20,000 bases of DNA from an uncultured virus (IMG/VR IMGVR_UViG_3300013121_000015) (lineage: Duplodnaviria > Heunggongvirae > Uroviricota > Caudoviricetes), in IMG/VR virus record IMGVR_UViG_3300013121_000015, positions 113,179-133,178 of that record, one strand, 5' to 3'. A model generated the notes under the pieces. It had not been told where the DNA came from, did no database searches, and saw nothing but the letters and a program-made list of their open reading frames with translations. Shown piece after piece: positions 16,801 through 20,000 of the stretch. Within the stretch, counting starts at the first letter, position 1; every line of letters begins with the position of its first letter. Position numbers and translations under genes: made by a program.

Positions 16801-19535
16801 GCGTCGGTCGTTTCGGTGGCCAGCCTGTAGATCCAGCCACCATTGAAGCTGAACCCAGACCCCACGTTGTAAACGCTTCCACCCCCCTGCGTCCTGAGCG
16901 TGAGCTCTGTCGTCCCGGTCGGTTCGCCCTCCTGGTAGGCGTAGGACCCGCCGCGGTTGGACGTGGCCGCCTCGACGAGCCCAAGCACGGCGCCCGCCTC
17001 GGACGTGGCGGACACGACGTTGCCGGAGCCCTCCCAGTGCGGGTCCTGGAGAATCAGGTACCCGACCGGCACGTCCAGGTCGTCGGGGTCGGAGTTGACC
17101 TGAATGGCCTCGCTGTCGGCGTAGATGCTGCCCAGGTCGATGGCCTGGAACCAGCCGGTGACGGACGAGCTGGAGTCGTTGCGATCCCGGAGCCAGGTCT
17201 GGGTGGTCGGCCCCGTCAGCCTGGACTGGACGACCGCCGACGCGACGGAGTCCGCCGCCAGCGAGCACGCCGTGTGCGCCATGGGCAGGCGCCGCCCGCA
17301 GGTGTAGGCGAGGCTGTTGTAGGTCCCGTAGTGCTCCGACCGGACCGGTGCGTCCACGGTCAGGGTGCCAGTCGTGCCGGTGTTGGACGCGAGGTAGACC
17401 TGATTGACCGCAAGGTCCGCGTGGACCAGCACCTCGGTCAGCACCTCGTAGGGGGACGCCGCGTTGGACCAGACGCCCACCGCGACCGTCGAGGGCGACG
17501 TGCCGACGGTGACGCCGTCTCCCAGCGTGGCGACTGCGCCGGTGTAGTTCTGGTTGGCGTTGGCGCCGTCCGCGACCGCCGAGGCGAACAGGGCCGCGCG
17601 CGCCGCCGTGACCGCGCCGCCGGTCAGGCTGGGGGCGCTGAACTCGCCCGTGGCGTCCAGGTCCGCGCCGCCGGCCACGGCTTCGACGGCCTGCCGGCGC
17701 AGCGTCCAGGCGCTCCCCCACTCGATCACGTAGGCGCACGCCGTCATGGCCTGCATGGTCGCCGAGGACCGCCTGTGGAGCCGCACGCCCGCCGTGCCGA
17801 AGGGACGCCCGTAGACCGCGCCCACGGCGTTGTGGCCCGAGGTGGACCCCGATCCGTCCGTGGTGACGCCGCCGCCGCGGTAGCCGACCAGGACCTGCAC
17901 GCGGTCGAGGTCGCCGTAGGTCACGCCCGACAGCGTGGTCTCCGCGATCTGCCGGTCTGCGCTGGTCCCGGACATGGTGACGTCCACGACGGACCGCAGC
18001 CGGAAGCCCTGCTGGTCCGGGGAGCGCAGGCACTCCACGACCGTCACGGTCCCAACCCAGTCCGCGCCCGCCGCCGCGCGGGTCAGGATCAACCCGTTGG
18101 AGCCCGTGGCTTCCAGGTCGCCCGTCCCAGCGGGGTCGGAGGTCACGCGCGCGTTGACGTCGTCCACGTCCTGGGTGGACGCGCTCGCCGTCGTGCCCTG
18201 GATCATCACGAAGTAGTGGTCTGCCAGCGTGTAGAGCAGGGCCAGGGTGTACGTCGTGCCCGTGAACTGACCCGAGCCGACCCGGTAGGACGTGACGCGG
18301 AAGACCGGCAGCTTGCCGGCGGGCGTGTCGATGGCCCCGAAGTCCACCGTCTCGATCCAGCCCGCCCAGGACGCGCTGGGCGACGTGTCCGCCGGGGTCG
18401 CCGTGACCGCCGTCGACGACGTGGGGCGCGCGTGGATCTGCGTCTCGGACACGTCGCCCGCCGCCGTGGACGTGATCCCCGCCATGCACAGCCCCAGCCG
18501 CTCACCGCGCGTGCTGGCGACGTACAGGAGCCCGTCTGCCGTGCGGTAGGTCTCCGCGACCTGGGGCGCCGCCACGGTCACGCTGGACGCCCCGGAGCCG
18601 CTGCCCGTGGCCCGGAAGTCGTACTCCGCGACGAGCTGCTGGTGCGTCAGCACGTAGACGCTCGCCGACCGCGTCGTGATCCCCGCCATGCCGCCGACCG
18701 CCACGGTCGTCTCGGTCGCGTTCTGCGTCACGCCGTCGCCGATGGTCGCGACCTGCCCGAGGAAGCTGGCGCCCGGGTTGTTGCCGTCCGTGTAGCTGGC
18801 CATCCAGACCCAGGAGTTCGCCCGGGTGATCGTGTAGGTCAGCGCGCCGGTCGAGTAGTGACTGGTCGAAGCCAGGGTCGCGCCGGTGTTCGTCCCGGTC
18901 ACGTTGACCCGCTGGACCAGCCACTCGGCGCCCCACTGGACGCAGTAGGTCACGAGGGTCGCCGCCGCGAGGTTGCTGGAGGCGCTGGCGTACCGCTCGA
19001 CGTTGATCGTCGCCGTGGAGCTCGGGTAGATCCGGGCACCGCCGGTCTGGAGCTGCGCACTGGATGCGCTGCCGGACATGCCCCCGCCCCGGTACCCACC
19101 GAACAGCACGACCCGGGTAGCGTCCGGCCACGCCGTCGCGCAGGTGTCCGTGGTGGTCTGGACGCCGGTCCCCACGCTCGCCGCGAGCGAGGTCGCCTGC
19201 ACGTCCAGGAGGCGGAAGCCGGCGCCGTCCTCGTCGCGCAGGCACTCCACGACCACGACCTTCATCGCGCAGGGGTTGGCCGCCGTGGCTCGGGTCAGCT
19301 CCAGGTAGTTCCCGTCGGCCAGGTTCAGGTCGCCCGTCCCGTAGGGGTCTGCCGTCACCCGGACCAGCATGTCCGAGAGGTTGTAGACTGCGCTCGCGGC
19401 CACGCCCCACTCGACCATCGCGAAGTAGTGGGTGGACAGCTCGTGCCGTAGGTGAAGCCGGTAGACCGATCCCGTGAAGTCCGAAGAGGTGATCTCGTAG
19501 GTCTCGACGCGGAAGACGGGGGAACGGCTGGCCAT
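13824..19535 (-). CDS. large multidomain virion/tail protein (1903 aa): two tandem ~400-aa repeats, Asp-box propeller, lectin-like region, tail-type C-terminus
   Basis: SD CAGGAG before ATG 19535; T/S/G/A/V-rich; duplicated PVFRV..Y...FTG..Y.L.L...VT.DP.GTGDL...VVECLR...GFRL; Asp-boxes STDGATW and SSDRGSSW; YRYRYFRL. Confidence 0.85.
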   Translation of the reverse strand: MASRSPVFRVETYEITSSDFTGSVYRLHLRHELSTHYFAMVEWGVAASAVYNLSDMLVRVTADPYGTGDLNLADGNYLELTRATAANPCAMKVVVVECLRDEDGAGFRLLDVQATSLAASVGTGVQTTTDTCATAWPDATRVVLFGGYRGGGMSGSASSAQLQTGGARIYPSSTATINVERYASASSNLAAATLVTYCVQWGAEWLVQRVNVTGTNTGATLASTSHYSTGALTYTITRANSWVWMASYTDGNNPGASFLGQVATIGDGVTQNATETTVAVGGMAGITTRSASVYVLTHQQLVAEYDFRATGSGSGASSVTVAAPQVAETYRTADGLLYVASTRGERLGLCMAGITSTAAGDVSETQIHARPTSSTAVTATPADTSPSASWAGWIETVDFGAIDTPAGKLPVFRVTSYRVGSGQFTGTTYTLALLYTLADHYFVMIQGTTASASTQDVDDVNARVTSDPAGTGDLEATGSNGLILTRAAAGADWVGTVTVVECLRSPDQQGFRLRSVVDVTMSGTSADRQIAETTLSGVTYGDLDRVQVLVGYRGGGVTTDGSGSTSGHNAVGAVYGRPFGTAGVRLHRRSSATMQAMTACAYVIEWGSAWTLRRQAVEAVAGGADLDATGEFSAPSLTGGAVTAARAALFASAVADGANANQNYTGAVATLGDGVTVGTSPSTVAVGVWSNAASPYEVLTEVLVHADLAVNQVYLASNTGTTGTLTVDAPVRSEHYGTYNSLAYTCGRRLPMAHTACSLAADSVASAVVQSRLTGPTTQTWLRDRNDSSSSVTGWFQAIDLGSIYADSEAIQVNSDPDDLDVPVGYLILQDPHWEGSGNVVSATSEAGAVLGLVEAATSNRGGSYAYQEGEPTGTTELTLRTQGGGSVYNVGSGFSFNGGWIYRLATETTDADWKSQNAWQILQRSKPATTATKLYGHALCYSAVNNLLIVAWVSDSTTIQVRYAGAASTLQSWSSTTITVVDGDATGTEMGLAMAESVDGTLRMVVQVSRDGFLDLDLYTSTDGATWTLAATNIAVRAGSGAAWYAGASDHVYSVSGDYERIFCLPTLTSTTTSTFLYQFGSSDRGSSWKVCTAATTYSHETSSNVFLGTHPFDVVGVGDVGGTFLMATLKGTGSDTAKVSILIATGLDDFAVNSALEIDMSGTGTAVVVKGLWFCRVPDAIHLYIWYVGSDVNDIAMAKVSIVDVNDPSNWSSAYALGFSGVIDYGPYRPRAVWAGTRGFVSAGILDQDAAGGADPMVAGHWCFEFGAWDPKPLSRSNRDVAATLLAASPKLVSYAWASCLGSATGAATTPYTESTLGGGTVTWSADGTTYTASGTGLARNILTVVPSTNAEAWGSTSNHGFTFCVRLKQTATRSTSAEDCGFRVMAPTTSSVTTTGYDFTVRTAGTQIVLYDNIAGSAVATVSTTDSASEVEVRVALYGNTVWIAWRLASSAPLGAWTEYGSYTLSSGSISGQIFRVGVIAGAGLVGTSTIIVYEWLISRQNTLGQRTDSSKPNRLFGAPMTLEPILVTGGVSVGWGGGGAFLGDTFTAALAYQRGVVNLGLDSPSYYWESTALTEQDIVFQADADSGTGARWQVEAMLLVGTVDRTCTVEFSDSDSWTRPAESLELDATLWDDLTVIAVDGCAVQLEAATGEVFAPWRGELLGTYLRFTVAGTATGKTYAVRADQFSEDGWVAVADGVDLASAGVTVGAKACLYADRMVLLAASRYRYRYFRLVFPDLSAVGSSLGTSTSTHRLGSLVPGHYLEFNRQNGPLKVDYTDTEEPMMTTARAKSGIEHRVNDGPSTRSVGMEVTCVDPEAPTGSRGEVGRMIRDLLRVAHDGYTRPVGLIMDSTWRARSHVVFGVLNRDGTALDQGVPYKGEEGSRRFFSVSTLKLRLDEEG

Positions 19536-19702
19536 GGGTCGGCTCCTGCGGCCGAGGTAGCCCGGGATCTGGATCTGGCCAGCGCGCCCACGGGACAAGG
19601 CCGGGAGTCGAGGTGTGCGCGGGTAGGGCTACCCCTGGGGTTGGAGGTGCCAGCCGTGCTTTCTCCGACCGACCTGGACCGCGCTGACCCGGATCCTCGC
19701 CC

Positions 19703-19955
19703 GTGCCGCCCGACGACACCAGCCCCGACGCCCACGCCGCGCACTACCGGTGGTTGCGGGGCTTGAGCTACGACGCGCGGTTGCGCATGGCGATCCAGCT
19801 CTCCGAGGACGTGCGGGAGTTGAGCCGGTGCGGGATCCGCACGCGCCACCCAGACTACACCAGCGAGCAGGTGGAGTGGGCGCTGCGCCGCCTCGTGCTG
19901 GGGGGATGACCTGTTCTGCGCCGCCTGGCCGGACGCGCCGGTGCTGCCGTCGTGA
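19703..19955 (+). pseudogene. Rv0078B/MenA1-like antitoxin-family gene with apparent +1 frameshift in G6 run (ORF as written 19703-19909)
   Basis: DTSPDA...LR.LS...RLRMAIQLSEDVREL..CGIRTRHPDY pattern. Removing one G at 19900-19905 gives LGDDLFCAAWPDAPVLPS* ending at 19955. Confidence 0.55.
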
Positions 19956-20000
19956 ACCGGGGACCAGCGCCCACCTGACGGAGCAGCAGATGTCCGCCCA

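Noticed and set aside
16722..19451. 909-aa + strand ORF and 711-aa - strand ORF (16354-18489)
   Set aside because: Shadow/alternate frames of the 1903-aa gene; Arg/Gly/Pro-rich composition expected from high GC3.
5028..19535. Diversity-generating retroelement targeting fibre C-termini
   Set aside because: No template/variable repeat pair differing at adenines, and no reverse transcriptase seen in the window.

Overview
GC-rich (about 70% by eye) phage or prophage segment. A Myxococcota-like host is only inferred, from the style of one lipoprotein. Left (1-3881): a + strand run of small hypothetical genes behind a sigma70-type promoter, separated by related structured intergenic elements. One of these has a complete type III hammerhead ribozyme core whose stem III pairs with the next gene's Shine-Dalgarno (1996-2073). 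Another looks like a degenerate copy (1274-1351), and a 51-bp direct repeat flanks one gene. On the - strand, a tail/structural module (1903-aa multidomain protein, 548-aa tail protein, two tail-fibre-like proteins, small membrane proteins) is split by a ~5-kb + strand accessory island (6970-12170). The island holds an RHH-regulated cassette with a perfect palindromic operator, a beta-propeller lipoprotein, a structured intergenic region, and a soluble + 3-TM gene pair resembling RexAB/Kiwa-type phage exclusion. At the right end is an Rv0078B/MenA1-like antitoxin gene with an apparent homopolymer frameshift. All family calls come from reading motifs by eye; no searches were run.
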